From assembly GCA_963836235.1 (NCBI GenBank), contig CAWIIP010000002.1, positions 1,344,001 to 1,408,000 of the forward strand: a DNA stretch of 64,000 bases. The letters run 5' to 3'. Below, piece by piece: positions 28,353 through 37,899 of the stretch. The notes beneath the pieces were generated by a model. It ran no database searches. It worked only from the letters and a program-made list of their open reading frames with translations, and was not told the origin of the DNA. The stretch comes from an uncultured Pseudomonadota bacterium (GTDB lineage Bacteria; Oederibacteriota; Muellerivitia; Muellerivitales; Muellerivitaceae). The position numbers and the translations under genes are program-made. Within the stretch, counting starts at the first letter, position 1. Each line of letters begins with the position of its first letter.

Positions 28353-29205
28353 GAGCGCCCTCGAACCGAGGGACCTGGACATCCTGGCTTACATCCATTC
28401 CAACAAATTCATCACCACCCGGCTCTTTCACCGGAAGTTCCATCCGGCCCAATGCTATACGACCGCCTGTGTCCACCTTAGGAGCCTGGTCAGCCGGGGA
28501 TGGCTCCTCAAAACCCAAAACCTCCCGAACGACGACACCTTTCATTACCTGTCCCGCCCCGCCCTGAAGAACCTTTCGGATCTTGCCCGAATCCTTACCT
28601 CCAAGGAAATCCGCTCCCCCCATATCAATCCCTTTGAGAGGGAGCACGACAAGCGGGTTATTCAAATGCGCGTCCATTGGGAGATGGACAAGGCTTTGGA
28701 GGGGTTGGTTTGGCTGTCCGACTACGAGATGCGGTGCGGCCTCAAGATGTCCTGGAAGAAGGCCTTGGAGGAAGGGCGAGGGTGGGACTTGGCCGGGACC
28801 AAGCTTCAAAGGCTGAACCGCCGGACCCCGGACGGGTACTTTGAGGCCGCCTTGGAAGGCAGGCCCCAAGCCTTCGTCTTGGAGTACGAGCACTCCCCCT
28901 ACAACCGGGACCAGATGACGGCTTTGGTCCTGAACCTCAACAAGGACTTCCCGGAGGCCTGCCGGTTGATCGTCAGCCAAAACAAGACCCAGGCCGTAAG
29001 GCTGGTGCAGGGGCTTTCCACCTTCCTGAAACACGACCTCCGGAACCGGAACCTTTGGGCTTTTTCCTTTTTCGAAAAGGCGGCGAACCTGCCCTTTAGG
29101 CGGGTGCCTTGGGTGAACCTGGAATGGGAATACCTTCCCTTCGTGAAGGACCCCATCCTGAAGACGGCCCCAGCGGAGGAAAAGACAAAGGAGGTGGCGT
29201 CATGA
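28288..29205 (+). CDS. Replication-relaxation (Replic_Relax) family relaxase; start may be 28336
   Basis: RDLDILAYI N-terminal wHTH, EHD, RTPDGYF...LEYEHS PD-(D/E)xK-like core; follows the coupling-protein remnant. Confidence 0.75.
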   Translation: MAARSQAPKTLEAPWGMKMRPESALEPRDLDILAYIHSNKFITTRLFHRKFHPAQCYTTACVHLRSLVSRGWLLKTQNLPNDDTFHYLSRPALKNLSDLARILTSKEIRSPHINPFEREHDKRVIQMRVHWEMDKALEGLVWLSDYEMRCGLKMSWKKALEEGRGWDLAGTKLQRLNRRTPDGYFEAALEGRPQAFVLEYEHSPYNRDQMTALVLNLNKDFPEACRLIVSQNKTQAVRLVQGLSTFLKHDLRNRNLWAFSFFEKAANLPFRRVPWVNLEWEYLPFVKDPILKTAPAEEKTKEVAS

Positions 29206-29587
29206 ACTGTAAGCGGACCCATAAACAGCTTATGGCGAAAATCCACGGAAACGCCCGCGAAAACCAGGGGTTCGCCTGTCTTGCGACGCCAGACCCCACT
29301 CCCCCTGGATCAAGTTCAGATCGCAGGAAAGCGGTAGTGGGGTCTGGCCTCTTAGACAGACTCACCCCTAAAAGCGCGGGCGCGAAGGATGAAGAAGAAT
29401 TAAAGAATTTAAGGATTAAGACGAAAGACAAAGTCAAAGGCAACGGCAAAACCAACACCGTGGAAAACCCCCCGAACAACCTGTTGGTAATGAAACAGGT
29501 TATGGACGCGGGGTTTTCCACACCTTTCCCCGAAGGTGGCCCCTTTGGGGCCTGTTATTTTTTAAACCTTATAAGCGGAGGTAAACC

Positions 29588-29845
29588 TTGGTAGATCGTA
29601 GGAAGAATGTAGAACGGCGGAATTATTTAATGTCGGATAAGGATATCGCTGAATGGGCCGGGGTTTCTCCCAATACGGTCCGTTACTGGCGGCAAACGGG
29701 TGTCTTGCCTTTCGAGAAGGTCGGCAAATACCCTAGGGTTTGGTATTCCGTGCTCCTTCAAATTTTTCAAAAAGCCAGTCCACATTTAGCGGGTGCCGCT
29801 GATACAATACCTCTTGCTGATGGGGACATTAGGAGGCAGTCATGA
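29588..29845 (+). CDS. HTH excisionase-like protein
   Basis: KDIAEWAGVSPNTVRYW...LPFEKVG; GGAGG RBS; ATGA overlap with the integrase. Confidence 0.8.
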   Translation: MVDRRKNVERRNYLMSDKDIAEWAGVSPNTVRYWRQTGVLPFEKVGKYPRVWYSVLLQIFQKASPHLAGAADTIPLADGDIRRQS

Positions 29846-30942
29846 GTAAACCTAATGTCTATGGATTGCCCCAACATCTCCGCAAGGACGACAAGGGGTA
29901 TTTTTTGGATTATTTCATCCGGGAAGGAGGATTGCGGAAGCGCAAAAGGGTCCGGTTGGGCCAGATTCCGGCGGTCCAAGCTAAAAGGGTTCTAGCCCAA
30001 AAAATGCAGGCTATCGTTGAGCAAAAGTATTTTGACAGCGACAAGCCCCAAACCACCTTCCTGGAAGCGGCGGATTCCTTCCTGGCCTATTCCAAGGCCC
30101 GGAAAAAAACTTTTAGGAACGACGCCCAGATAGTGGAAAGGCTGAAAGTCTACTTTGGAACCCGGCCCTTGGAGAGCTTAACGGTGGACTTGGTGGACGC
30201 CTACCTGATTCAAAGGCGGCAACAAGGAAGCCAAGTTAAGCCGGGCAAGACCTTAAAGAACGCGACCCTCAACCGGGACGTTGCCTGCCTGAAAACCATC
30301 GTGAGCCGGGCGGTTTTGAACAGGCAGTTGGACCGTGACCCGATTGTGGGGCTTCAACGCTTTAAGGAACAATCCAGGGACAGGACTTTGACCCCCGAGG
30401 AGTACCAGGCTTTGCTGGCCTGCTGCCCTCCCCACTTGCATAGGATCGTGGAACTGGCTTATTGGACCGCGATGAGGCGGGGGGAAATCTTGGGTTTACG
30501 TTGGGATCAGGTGGATTTTAAAAACGGGGTCATCACCCTGGAAGCCACCGACACCAAAACCCAGGAAAAGCGGGAAATACCGTTGAACGAAAGGCTAGTT
30601 GCCCTATTTCAACGGATACCCAGGACTCTTGGAAGCCCTTACGTGTTTTTCTACCAAGGAAAGCGTGTAAAAGACCCCAGGAATGGTTTTGCGACCGCGT
30701 GCCGGAAAGCGGGAATCGAGAATTTCAGGTTCCACGATCTGAGGCATTGCGCGGTGACGAACTTCCGCAAGGCCGGGGTCAGCGATACGGTAATCATGTC
30801 CATATCGGGCCATAAGACCTACGCGGTCTTTAAGCGTTATGACCGGGTGGATCGTGAGGACCGGAAAGCCGCTTTGAACCGGGTAGCCGGTTTGAATGAC
30901 ACGGTTATGACACGGACCACGAAACAGGAAGTCCAAGCTTAA
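29842..30942 (+). CDS. Tyrosine integrase
   Basis: TAMRRGEILGLRW, TKT, FHDLRH, SGHKT, RY. Confidence 0.96.
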   Translation: MSKPNVYGLPQHLRKDDKGYFLDYFIREGGLRKRKRVRLGQIPAVQAKRVLAQKMQAIVEQKYFDSDKPQTTFLEAADSFLAYSKARKKTFRNDAQIVERLKVYFGTRPLESLTVDLVDAYLIQRRQQGSQVKPGKTLKNATLNRDVACLKTIVSRAVLNRQLDRDPIVGLQRFKEQSRDRTLTPEEYQALLACCPPHLHRIVELAYWTAMRRGEILGLRWDQVDFKNGVITLEATDTKTQEKREIPLNERLVALFQRIPRTLGSPYVFFYQGKRVKDPRNGFATACRKAGIENFRFHDLRHCAVTNFRKAGVSDTVIMSISGHKTYAVFKRYDRVDREDRKAALNRVAGLNDTVMTRTTKQEVQA

Positions 30943-30990
30943 AGAGAAAAGTTGTAATCCCCTTTTCAACAAAGGGGTTTGGCATGACCC

Positions 30991-31080
30991 GGAGAGGTGG
31001 CAGAGTGGTCGAATGCGTCTGACTCGAAATCAGATTTACGAGCAATCGTAACGGGGGTTCGAATCCCTCTCTCTCCGCCA
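30991..31080 (+). tRNA. tRNA-Ser(CGA), contains attR
   Basis: Acceptor stem GGAGAGG/TCTCTCC, anticodon arm TCTGA-CTCGAAA-TCAGA, long variable arm, TTCGAAT loop, encoded CCA. Confidence 0.97.
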
Positions 31081-32583
31081 TATTTTATTTTCCGCCTCTA
31101 ACCGCGACTTTTTCCTTATGCCAGTAGGGATTTGCGAGTTCGAGAGCGCAATAAGGCTAAATGGACTTTCGAACTCTATTGTTAGGGTTCTGTGTTTCCA
31201 ATGCGCTTTGGCCCATATCAGTCTCAAGAACTTTTGGCGTTCAAAACCTTCCAACTTCAGAAATATCTCCTTCGCATTCGATGCCACTTCCAACAATCGC
31301 ACTCCCGATTCAAGGTAGTTCTGGTTCGCGTTCCCAAGGCGTTTAATATCCCCGGCGATCCTTTGCTGTCTTTCCCGCAACTCCTTTGTCTTCCTTTCAT
31401 ATTGGAACACGTCTATGTGCCCACTTAGCCTGTCCTCGTAAACCGTGTCGATCTTGGTCTGCACTTCCTTAAACTCCCCATTTAAACGGTCTAAGGCTAC
31501 ATTGTGGAACTCCTTCTCGTCCTGATGGGATTCCAGAAGGGCTTTTGTCATTGTCTTCAACTGTTCCGGCTTGATGTATAGCTGTTCCAGTTCCTTTGCG
31601 ATCATCTGGGTTAAATCTTCCTGCTTTACATAGGGCTCGTAGCAATAACCCCTTGAGTTCGTGCAATGATAATAAATGTATCTGCCCTTCTTCTTCGCCT
31701 CTGCCACAATCGCACAACCGCAATGACCGCATTTAATAATCCCACTTGAATAGGGGAACCTATACCTGGCTTGGGCCTTATTGATTCTCCTCCCATCCAG
31801 AATTTTCTGAACCCGTTCCCATATCTCAAATGGAACAAGGCCTTCATGCGTCCCCTTAAAGGTCTTCCCCGCATAGTCGAAGTCACCGGTATATATTCGG
31901 TTACGAAGCATTTTGTGAATTGATGCAGTAAGCAGCGATTTCCCACTCTTTCGGAAAACCAACCCAGAATCGTTGAACTTCTTGGCAATCATCTTTACCG
32001 AATAATACCCTTCGGCAAATTCTCGGAATAGCTTGGTAACTAACGGCCCCATTACCGGGTCTATCTCAATTATTTTCTTCCCGTTCGGTCCCATAACGTT
32101 CCGGTACCCAAGCGGTGCATTGCTCGGCCAAAGTCCCTCGGAAGCCTTTTGATGCAGACCCTTTCGGGCTTCTTCGCTCAAATTCTCAATGTAATGCTTC
32201 GCCATCACAACCTTGATTCCGTGGATCAACTTGTCGTTCGAACGTGAATCGGGAGAGATCAGGGTGTTTTCTTTTACCAAATGGATATCAAGGCCTAGTT
32301 CGTCAAGCGTGACCCAATCCTTCAAGTTCCTATACAAACGATCTGTCTTCTCAACCAACAATGTTCGGCAAGATTGGTTTTCCCGTAAATAGGCCAGCAT
32401 CTGTTCAAAGGAATATCGACCGGAACGCTTAGCTGTTTCTGTATCTTCAAATTCTCTAATGATCTTGAAATGTTTGCTTTTGGCGAATTCGCGGAGGAGT
32501 TTGTATTGGGAGGGGATGCTGAAGCCTTCGTCTGCTTGCTCTTTGCTTGAAACACGAACGTACAAAACACAATCCATCGACAA
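31036..32583 (-). CDS. Large serine recombinase; C-terminus overlaps the tRNA antisense
   Basis: YVRVSSKEQ, DRLYRN, recombinase domain, CGHCG..C..C zinc ribbon, coiled coil; tail WRRERDSNPR is the antisense tRNA. Confidence 0.93.
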   Translation of the reverse strand: MSMDCVLYVRVSSKEQADEGFSIPSQYKLLREFAKSKHFKIIREFEDTETAKRSGRYSFEQMLAYLRENQSCRTLLVEKTDRLYRNLKDWVTLDELGLDIHLVKENTLISPDSRSNDKLIHGIKVVMAKHYIENLSEEARKGLHQKASEGLWPSNAPLGYRNVMGPNGKKIIEIDPVMGPLVTKLFREFAEGYYSVKMIAKKFNDSGLVFRKSGKSLLTASIHKMLRNRIYTGDFDYAGKTFKGTHEGLVPFEIWERVQKILDGRRINKAQARYRFPYSSGIIKCGHCGCAIVAEAKKKGRYIYYHCTNSRGYCYEPYVKQEDLTQMIAKELEQLYIKPEQLKTMTKALLESHQDEKEFHNVALDRLNGEFKEVQTKIDTVYEDRLSGHIDVFQYERKTKELRERQQRIAGDIKRLGNANQNYLESGVRLLEVASNAKEIFLKLEGFERQKFLRLIWAKAHWKHRTLTIEFESPFSLIALSNSQIPTGIRKKSRLEAENKIWRRERDSNPRYDCS

Positions 32584-32617
32584 ACCGGTGGTCTTCTTAC
32601 CTGAGTCCGAAATTTTC

Positions 32618-32746
32618 CTAGTCAGTTACGCCGAGAAAAATATCCTTTTCGGCGTTTTTGAAAAACCCTCGGTAAGTTTTAGCTTTCTTCGAATTGGCGT
32701 GGCGGCGCAGAGCCTGGAGAGCCTTGGAATAAGAGGCCCTTCCCAA
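32618..32746 (-). pseudogene. 5' fragment of an AlkD-like DNA alkylation repair gene
   Basis: LRRHANSKKAKTYRGFFK...DIFLGVT then stop, just upstream of the recombinase. Confidence 0.55.
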
Positions 32747-32754
32747 TATCGCTG

Positions 32755-33423
32755 TCAGCGCTGGACCTTTATGTTGATCATGCCGTTCTTCAAGGAGCCG
32801 TACAGCCTCACCCACATTCCCATGTACATCTCCTGCCCGCGGGCCGCGGAAATGTCGCCCAGGTCCAGGATGTCCGTCCACCCGAAGGATTTTAAGATTT
32901 CTGTCACCTGCGCCTTGGCCCCAGCGTCGTTGCCGGACAGGAACAGGGTATGGTCGCCGCCATGGAGCATCTGGGGGTTGACCATGAGGGGTGCCGCCAG
33001 GGTGTTGAAGCATTTCACCACCTTGAGATTGGGAAAGGCCGCTTGGATGTTTCCCGCCACCGACCGGGCCTCGCTGGCCAGCGCGTGGGGTGCGCCCTTG
33101 CTGAAGTCCAGTTCGTTGGCCGTGTCGATGAGCACCTTGGGGCCCGCCTTGCCGGCTTCCGCCAACTGAAGGGCCTCCACCGAGGCTTGCCCGTGGGTGG
33201 CGTTGATGAGCAGTTCGCCCTGGGCCGCCGCTTCCTTAAAGGTAACGACCTTGGCCTTGCCTTTAACGGCTGCCAGCCATTCTTTCAGGCTGACCGCCAT
33301 GTTTTTTTTCTCTTCCAGCTTCTGGGGGTCGCGGGTGCCCAGGAAAACCTCGTGCCCCAGTTCCGCCAGCTTAGTTCCCAAAGTTTGCGCCACCACTCCC
33401 GACCCGATGATGCCGATTTTCAT
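32755..33423 (-). CDS. NADPH-dependent F420 reductase-like oxidoreductase
   Basis: MKIGIIGSGVVA, LIDTAN, VVKCFNT, DLGDISAAR; AAGGAGG RBS. Confidence 0.88.
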   Translation of the reverse strand: MKIGIIGSGVVAQTLGTKLAELGHEVFLGTRDPQKLEEKKNMAVSLKEWLAAVKGKAKVVTFKEAAAQGELLINATHGQASVEALQLAEAGKAGPKVLIDTANELDFSKGAPHALASEARSVAGNIQAAFPNLKVVKCFNTLAAPLMVNPQMLHGGDHTLFLSGNDAGAKAQVTEILKSFGWTDILDLGDISAARGQEMYMGMWVRLYGSLKNGMINIKVQR

Positions 33424-33734
33424 GCCAACCCTCCTTAAATAAAAAGATATTGCGGAGGTTGGTATAGTGCCGATTTCCATAACTTATTCTTTATGGAGAA
33501 TCGGAACATAACGCCTCCTAACATTTGTCGATGAATGACTCGGCAAGTCTACCCTCATCTCCTTATTAAAATCGAGCGGGACTCGATAAAGATTATGAGG
33601 GTTATGCAGTTTTCTCTTTTAAGGCCGAAGGCCCATTTTCATGGATAAACTGTATAGGGAGTGCTCTTTGGGAAATTCAAGACGCGGGTGAAATTAAATC
33701 CAGGGAAATCTTGGGCGGAAAAAGAAGCTTTGCT

Positions 33735-34073
33735 CTATTTGCCCCCAGGATTGAGGAAGGGGGTGAAGTCGATATCATACGCGTAGGGGTAATTTCGGGG
33801 CGGCAGTTCCGGTTCGGTGCTGAAAACATGGACATTACCCGTGGGGACGAATCCGATTTGCGCGCCCTTGGCCCGAACCATATCGATGGCGTCATCGGGG
33901 GAAGAAGCCCAGACTTTCATCGCCATGAAAGCCCGTCCGGGACGGCAGGTATAGCCTTGGGCCAGTTCCCCCGCGACCCCCTCAACGATGGCCGAGAAAT
34001 GGCGGTAAGGGGTCTTGAGCCTTCCCCTGCGCAGCTCGACTTTCCAATCCGGATTTTTGGGATGCTTTTTCAA
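33735..34073 (-). CDS. Hypothetical protein
   Basis: 112-aa ORF with host-like codon usage. Confidence 0.55.
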   Translation of the reverse strand: MKKHPKNPDWKVELRRGRLKTPYRHFSAIVEGVAGELAQGYTCRPGRAFMAMKVWASSPDDAIDMVRAKGAQIGFVPTGNVHVFSTEPELPPRNYPYAYDIDFTPFLNPGGK

Positions 34074-34192
34074 TTTGCCCCTTTACTCCAACCCCCTTAT
34101 TTTCGGTGGAATCCGATGGGATTCCAAGTTGGAAATGGCGTTAAGCTTTTTTTCCTTTGTTTCCCCGGCGAGGCCCCTTACGGCTTTAAGGA

Positions 34193-35068
34193 TCATCCTT
34201 TAAGAACTTGGAGAACGGTCTTTTTCAAGGCCTCCGCCGCGCTGGAGAGCGGGGCTTTTTTGCGCCAAGCCAGGGACAGGGTCCGGGCCGCTTTGGGGTG
34301 GGATATCCCCGCGTAGGCCACGCCGGGAAACTTCGCCACCATTTGTGGCACAAGGCTGATCCCCAACCCCGCCGACACTAAGGCTTGCACAGTCTCGATA
34401 CCCCCGCTCTCGAAGACCACCTTCGGTTCCAAGCCCGCCTTCCGGTAAAAATCCAGCGTGATCTGGCGGAAACCATGGCCCGCTTTCATCAAAATGAAGG
34501 GTTCTCCCGCCACTTGTCTGAGGGTCAAAGACCCTTTCCCGGCCAAGGGGTGCTTGGCGGGTAGGGCCAGAAGCAGTTCCTCGGTCAAGATGGTTTGGTG
34601 GGCAAGCCTGGGGGTTAAGCCCGCCTCGTCCATGATGGCCAGTTCCACCTCACCCTGTTCCAGGTCCTTGGCCAGGTCAGGTGAGGATTCTTCCTTCAAT
34701 TGAACCTGGATTTTAGGGTAGGCCTTTCGAAAGGCTGTCAGGATGGGTGGAAGTAAATGGGCGCCGGTAGTCGGCATGCATCCCAGGCTGACCTTGCCCA
34801 TCGACAAGCCCGACAAGGCCTTCGCGTCCTCCCGGGCCGATTCCATCTGCTCCAGGATGGCCTTGGCCCGGGGCAAAAAGGTTTCGCCTCTCGCCGTCAG
34901 CCTGCCGCCTTTGCGGGTGCGTTCGAAAAGCGGCCCGCCCAGTTCGTCCTCCAGTTTGGCGATCTGGATGCTGAGGGAAGGCTGGGACACGTTGCAGGCC
35001 TTGGCGGCCTGGGTGAACCGGCCCGCCTGCGCCACGGCCAGGAAATAGTGAAGCTGATGTGTTTCCAT
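34193..35068 (-). CDS. LysR family regulator, divergent from leuCD
   Basis: FTQAAKACNVSQPSLSIQIAKLEDELG; VSAGLGISLVP. Confidence 0.95.
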   Translation of the reverse strand: METHQLHYFLAVAQAGRFTQAAKACNVSQPSLSIQIAKLEDELGGPLFERTRKGGRLTARGETFLPRAKAILEQMESAREDAKALSGLSMGKVSLGCMPTTGAHLLPPILTAFRKAYPKIQVQLKEESSPDLAKDLEQGEVELAIMDEAGLTPRLAHQTILTEELLLALPAKHPLAGKGSLTLRQVAGEPFILMKAGHGFRQITLDFYRKAGLEPKVVFESGGIETVQALVSAGLGISLVPQMVAKFPGVAYAGISHPKAARTLSLAWRKKAPLSSAAEALKKTVLQVLKG

Positions 35069-35081
35069 AGTTATTAACTAT
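35067..35081. promoter_or_regulatory. LysR T-N11-A box
   Basis: ATAG-TTATTAA-CTAT overlapping the LysR start codon. Confidence 0.7.
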
Positions 35082-35163
35082 TTATATCATAGTAACTATA
35101 TCTTTTACAAATAATAGAATCCGGTCTATCTTTGCGGTATTACTCCAAGCAAGCGAGGTTGAT

Positions 35164-36570
35164 ATGGCAACAGGAACACTCTACAACAAAGTCTGGGACG
35201 CCCACGTGGTGGAAAAACTTCCCACGGGTCAGTACCAGCTTTTCATCGGTCTGCACCTCATCCACGAGGTCACCAGCCCCCAGGCTTTCGACATGATCGC
35301 CGAGAAGGGCCTGAAGGTGGCCTATCCGGAACGCACCTTCGCCACGGTGGATCATATTGTTCCCACCAAGAGCCAAGCCCGGCCCTTCGTCGATGCCGAA
35401 GCCGAGCAGATGATGGGAGCTATCGAGAAGAACGTGAAGAAATTCGGCGTTCCTTTTTTTGATTTCAACTCCGGGAACCAGGGCATCGTGCATATCATCG
35501 GCCCGGAGATGGGACTCACCCAACCGGGGATGACCATCGCCTGCGGGGATTCCCACACCTCCACCCACGGTGCCTTCGGCACGCTGGCCTTCGGTATCGG
35601 AACGACCCAGGTCAGGGACGTTCTCGCCACCCAATGCCTGGCCATGGACGCCCTCAAGGTGCGCCGGGTGAACGTGAACGGCAAGCTAAAGCCCGGCGTC
35701 ACCGCCAAGGATGTGACCCTCTATATCATCCAGAAGTTGGGAGTGAAGGGCGGCATCGGCTACGCCTACGAGTACGGCGGGGAGGTTTTCGACGCCATGA
35801 CCATGGAAGAGCGAATGACAGTTTGCAACATGGCCATCGAGGGCGGCGCTCGGGTGGGTTACGTCAATCCGGACCAAACGACTTTTGATTACTTGAAGGG
35901 CCGCAAGTACGCGCCCGCCGCCGACAAGTGGGATAAGGCGGTGGCCTATTGGAAGTCCGTGGCCTCGGACAAGGATGCGGTGTTCGACGACGTCGTCAAT
36001 TTTAACGTCGACGATATCGAACCCATCGTCACCTGGGGCATCACGCCCGACCAGTCCGTGGGCGTGAACGACAAACTGCCCGAAGTCGGCAGATTCTCCG
36101 CTGACGAAGTGAAGACCGTGGAGTTGGCCTACAAACACATGGACTTGAAGCCAGGGTCGCCCATCAAGGGCACACCCATCAATGTGGCCTTCATCGGAAG
36201 CTGCACCAACGGCCGCATCTCGGACCTTCGGGAAGCGGCGAAAGTCGCCAAGGGCCGCAAGGTTTCGAAGACCGTGCGGGCCTTCGTGGTGCCCGGCTCC
36301 CAGCAAGTGAAGGCCCAGGCGGAGAAGGAAGGGCTGGATAAGATATTCACCGAGGCCGGCTTCGAGTGGCGGGCCGCTGGCTGTTCGATGTGCCTGGCCA
36401 TGAACCCGGACAAATTGCAGGGAAAGGAAATTTCCGCTTCCTCGTCCAACCGCAATTTCATCGGACGCCAGGGGAGCAAGGATGGGCGCACCATGCTGAT
36501 GAGCCCCGCCATGGTGGTGGCCGCCGCCGTTACCGGTGCCGTCACGGATGTCCGGGAAATGATGAAGTAA
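35164..36570 (+). CDS. leuC: 3-isopropylmalate dehydratase large subunit
   Basis: [39 protein letters not shown]. Confidence 0.96.
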   Translation: MATGTLYNKVWDAHVVEKLPTGQYQLFIGLHLIHEVTSPQAFDMIAEKGLKVAYPERTFATVDHIVPTKSQARPFVDAEAEQMMGAIEKNVKKFGVPFFDFNSGNQGIVHIIGPEMGLTQPGMTIACGDSHTSTHGAFGTLAFGIGTTQVRDVLATQCLAMDALKVRRVNVNGKLKPGVTAKDVTLYIIQKLGVKGGIGYAYEYGGEVFDAMTMEERMTVCNMAIEGGARVGYVNPDQTTFDYLKGRKYAPAADKWDKAVAYWKSVASDKDAVFDDVVNFNVDDIEPIVTWGITPDQSVGVNDKLPEVGRFSADEVKTVELAYKHMDLKPGSPIKGTPINVAFIGSCTNGRISDLREAAKVAKGRKVSKTVRAFVVPGSQQVKAQAEKEGLDKIFTEAGFEWRAAGCSMCLAMNPDKLQGKEISASSSNRNFIGRQGSKDGRTMLMSPAMVVAAAVTGAVTDVREMMK

Positions 36571-36576
36571 AAGCTT

Positions 36577-36692
36577 GGCCGCGAATCAACGCAAATTGTC
36601 GCTGTTATAAAAAGGGCCGGGGGGGAAATCATTGTTTCAAACCATAGACGTATTTGTTTTTTAATCAGCGAAAATTCGTGCAAATTTGCGGC
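36577..36692. repeat. REP-like long inverted repeat between leuC and leuD
   Basis: GCCGCGAAT...TCGCTG / CAGCGA...ATTTGCGGC. Confidence 0.6.
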
Positions 36693-36705
36693 TCAGGAGG
36701 TTGTG

Positions 36706-37308
36706 ATGAGCAAGATCAATCAAGTAGAGGGCAAAGCCATACCCGTCGAGGGCAATGACATCGACACGGACCGGATCATCCCGGCCCGCTATCTGAAGGA
36801 AATCACCTTCACCAATATGGGTAAGTACCCCTTCTATGACGAGCGTTTCGACGCCGAAGGCAAACCCACGGGCCATCCCTTCGACCTGCCCCAGTTCGCG
36901 GGCGCCCATATCCTTTTCGTGAACCAAAACTTTGGCTGTGGTTCCTCGAGGGAACATGCCCCCCAATCCCTGATGCGCTGGGGCATCCTGGCCATCATCG
37001 GGGAATCCTTCGCGGAGATCTTCGCGGGCAACTGCACCATGCTGGGCATCCCCACCGCCACCGTCAGCCAGGGGGAAATGCAAAAACTACAGGCCCTGGT
37101 GAAGGCCAAACCCGAAACCAAGTTCACTTTGGATTTGGACAAAAAGGTTTTACTCAGCGAGGGCAAGGAACATCTGAAGTTTGATATCCACGAGAGCAAG
37201 CGTAATGCGCTCGTCAACGGGACCTGGGACTCGACCTCGATTCTCTTGGGCAACGCTGCCAAAACCGCAGAGGTGGCGAAGAAACTACCTTACGTCGCAG
37301 GCTTTTAA
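36706..37308 (+). CDS. leuD: 3-isopropylmalate dehydratase small subunit
   Basis: DIDTDRIIPARYL, NFGCGSSREHAP, SFAEIF. Confidence 0.96.
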   Translation: MSKINQVEGKAIPVEGNDIDTDRIIPARYLKEITFTNMGKYPFYDERFDAEGKPTGHPFDLPQFAGAHILFVNQNFGCGSSREHAPQSLMRWGILAIIGESFAEIFAGNCTMLGIPTATVSQGEMQKLQALVKAKPETKFTLDLDKKVLLSEGKEHLKFDIHESKRNALVNGTWDSTSILLGNAAKTAEVAKKLPYVAGF

Positions 37309-37329
37309 GCCCTAAACAGGAGGGGAGTC

Positions 37330-37899
37330 ATGAATCTCTTTACGGAAACCTGTGTTGTTATTTTCATCTCTTTCAGCGCCTATATGTTTTGGGCGGCCTT
37401 AGGGGTGAAAAAGGCAGTGAAGCGCCAATCCCGCTCGGGCCGGGCCGTCCATGTGGCCATGCTCGTGACTTCCTTTTTCGCGGCCTTCGCTCCTTTTAAT
37501 TCATGGGGCTTCCTGGGTTTTCCCTTACTCCCGGAATCTCTTTTTTCCGGTTTCCTGGGTGTTGCGGTTTGCGCGATAGGAATGGCTTTCTGCTTTTGGG
37601 CCCGCCGGACTCTGGGAAGCAATTGGAGCGGTACGGTAACCTTGAAGAAAGACCACGAACTCATCCAAAAGGGCCCCTATGGATTGTCGCGACACCCCAT
37701 GTACACCGGTATCCTCACCGGCCTTCTGGGCGCAGCTATCACAGTCGGCCAATTGGGAAACTTTTTGGGCGTGGCGCTTTTAACCTTCGCGATGATCCGA
37801 AAGATGGGGATGGAGGAAAGCTATCAGCTGTCTCATTTCGGTGGCGGCTACGAGGTTTATTCCCGGAAGATCAAACGGCTCATCCCTTACATTTATTGA
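37330..37899 (+). CDS. Isoprenylcysteine carboxyl methyltransferase family protein
   Basis: LGSNWS, HELIQKGPYGLSRHPMYTG, EE..L..FG..Y..Y. Confidence 0.88.
   Translation: MNLFTETCVVIFISFSAYMFWAALGVKKAVKRQSRSGRAVHVAMLVTSFFAAFAPFNSWGFLGFPLLPESLFSGFLGVAVCAIGMAFCFWARRTLGSNWSGTVTLKKDHELIQKGPYGLSRHPMYTGILTGLLGAAITVGQLGNFLGVALLTFAMIRKMGMEESYQLSHFGGGYEVYSRKIKRLIPYIY

Larger units (their letters stand above)
11083..31031. mobile_element. Composite integrative (mobilisable) element in tRNA-Ser(CGA)
   Basis: Flanking att repeats, terminal xis and tyrosine integrase, relaxase and coupling-protein remnant, AT-richer cargo. Confidence 0.92.

Noticed and set aside
29109-29594. 161-aa ORF between the relaxase and xis
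   Set aside because: No recognisable domain and the region is dominated by inverted repeats; coding from 29202 cannot be excluded.
30991-31080. tRNA-Sec or a suppressor tRNA (long variable arm)
   Set aside because: The anticodon is CGA with a normal 7-bp acceptor stem; an ordinary tRNA-Ser.
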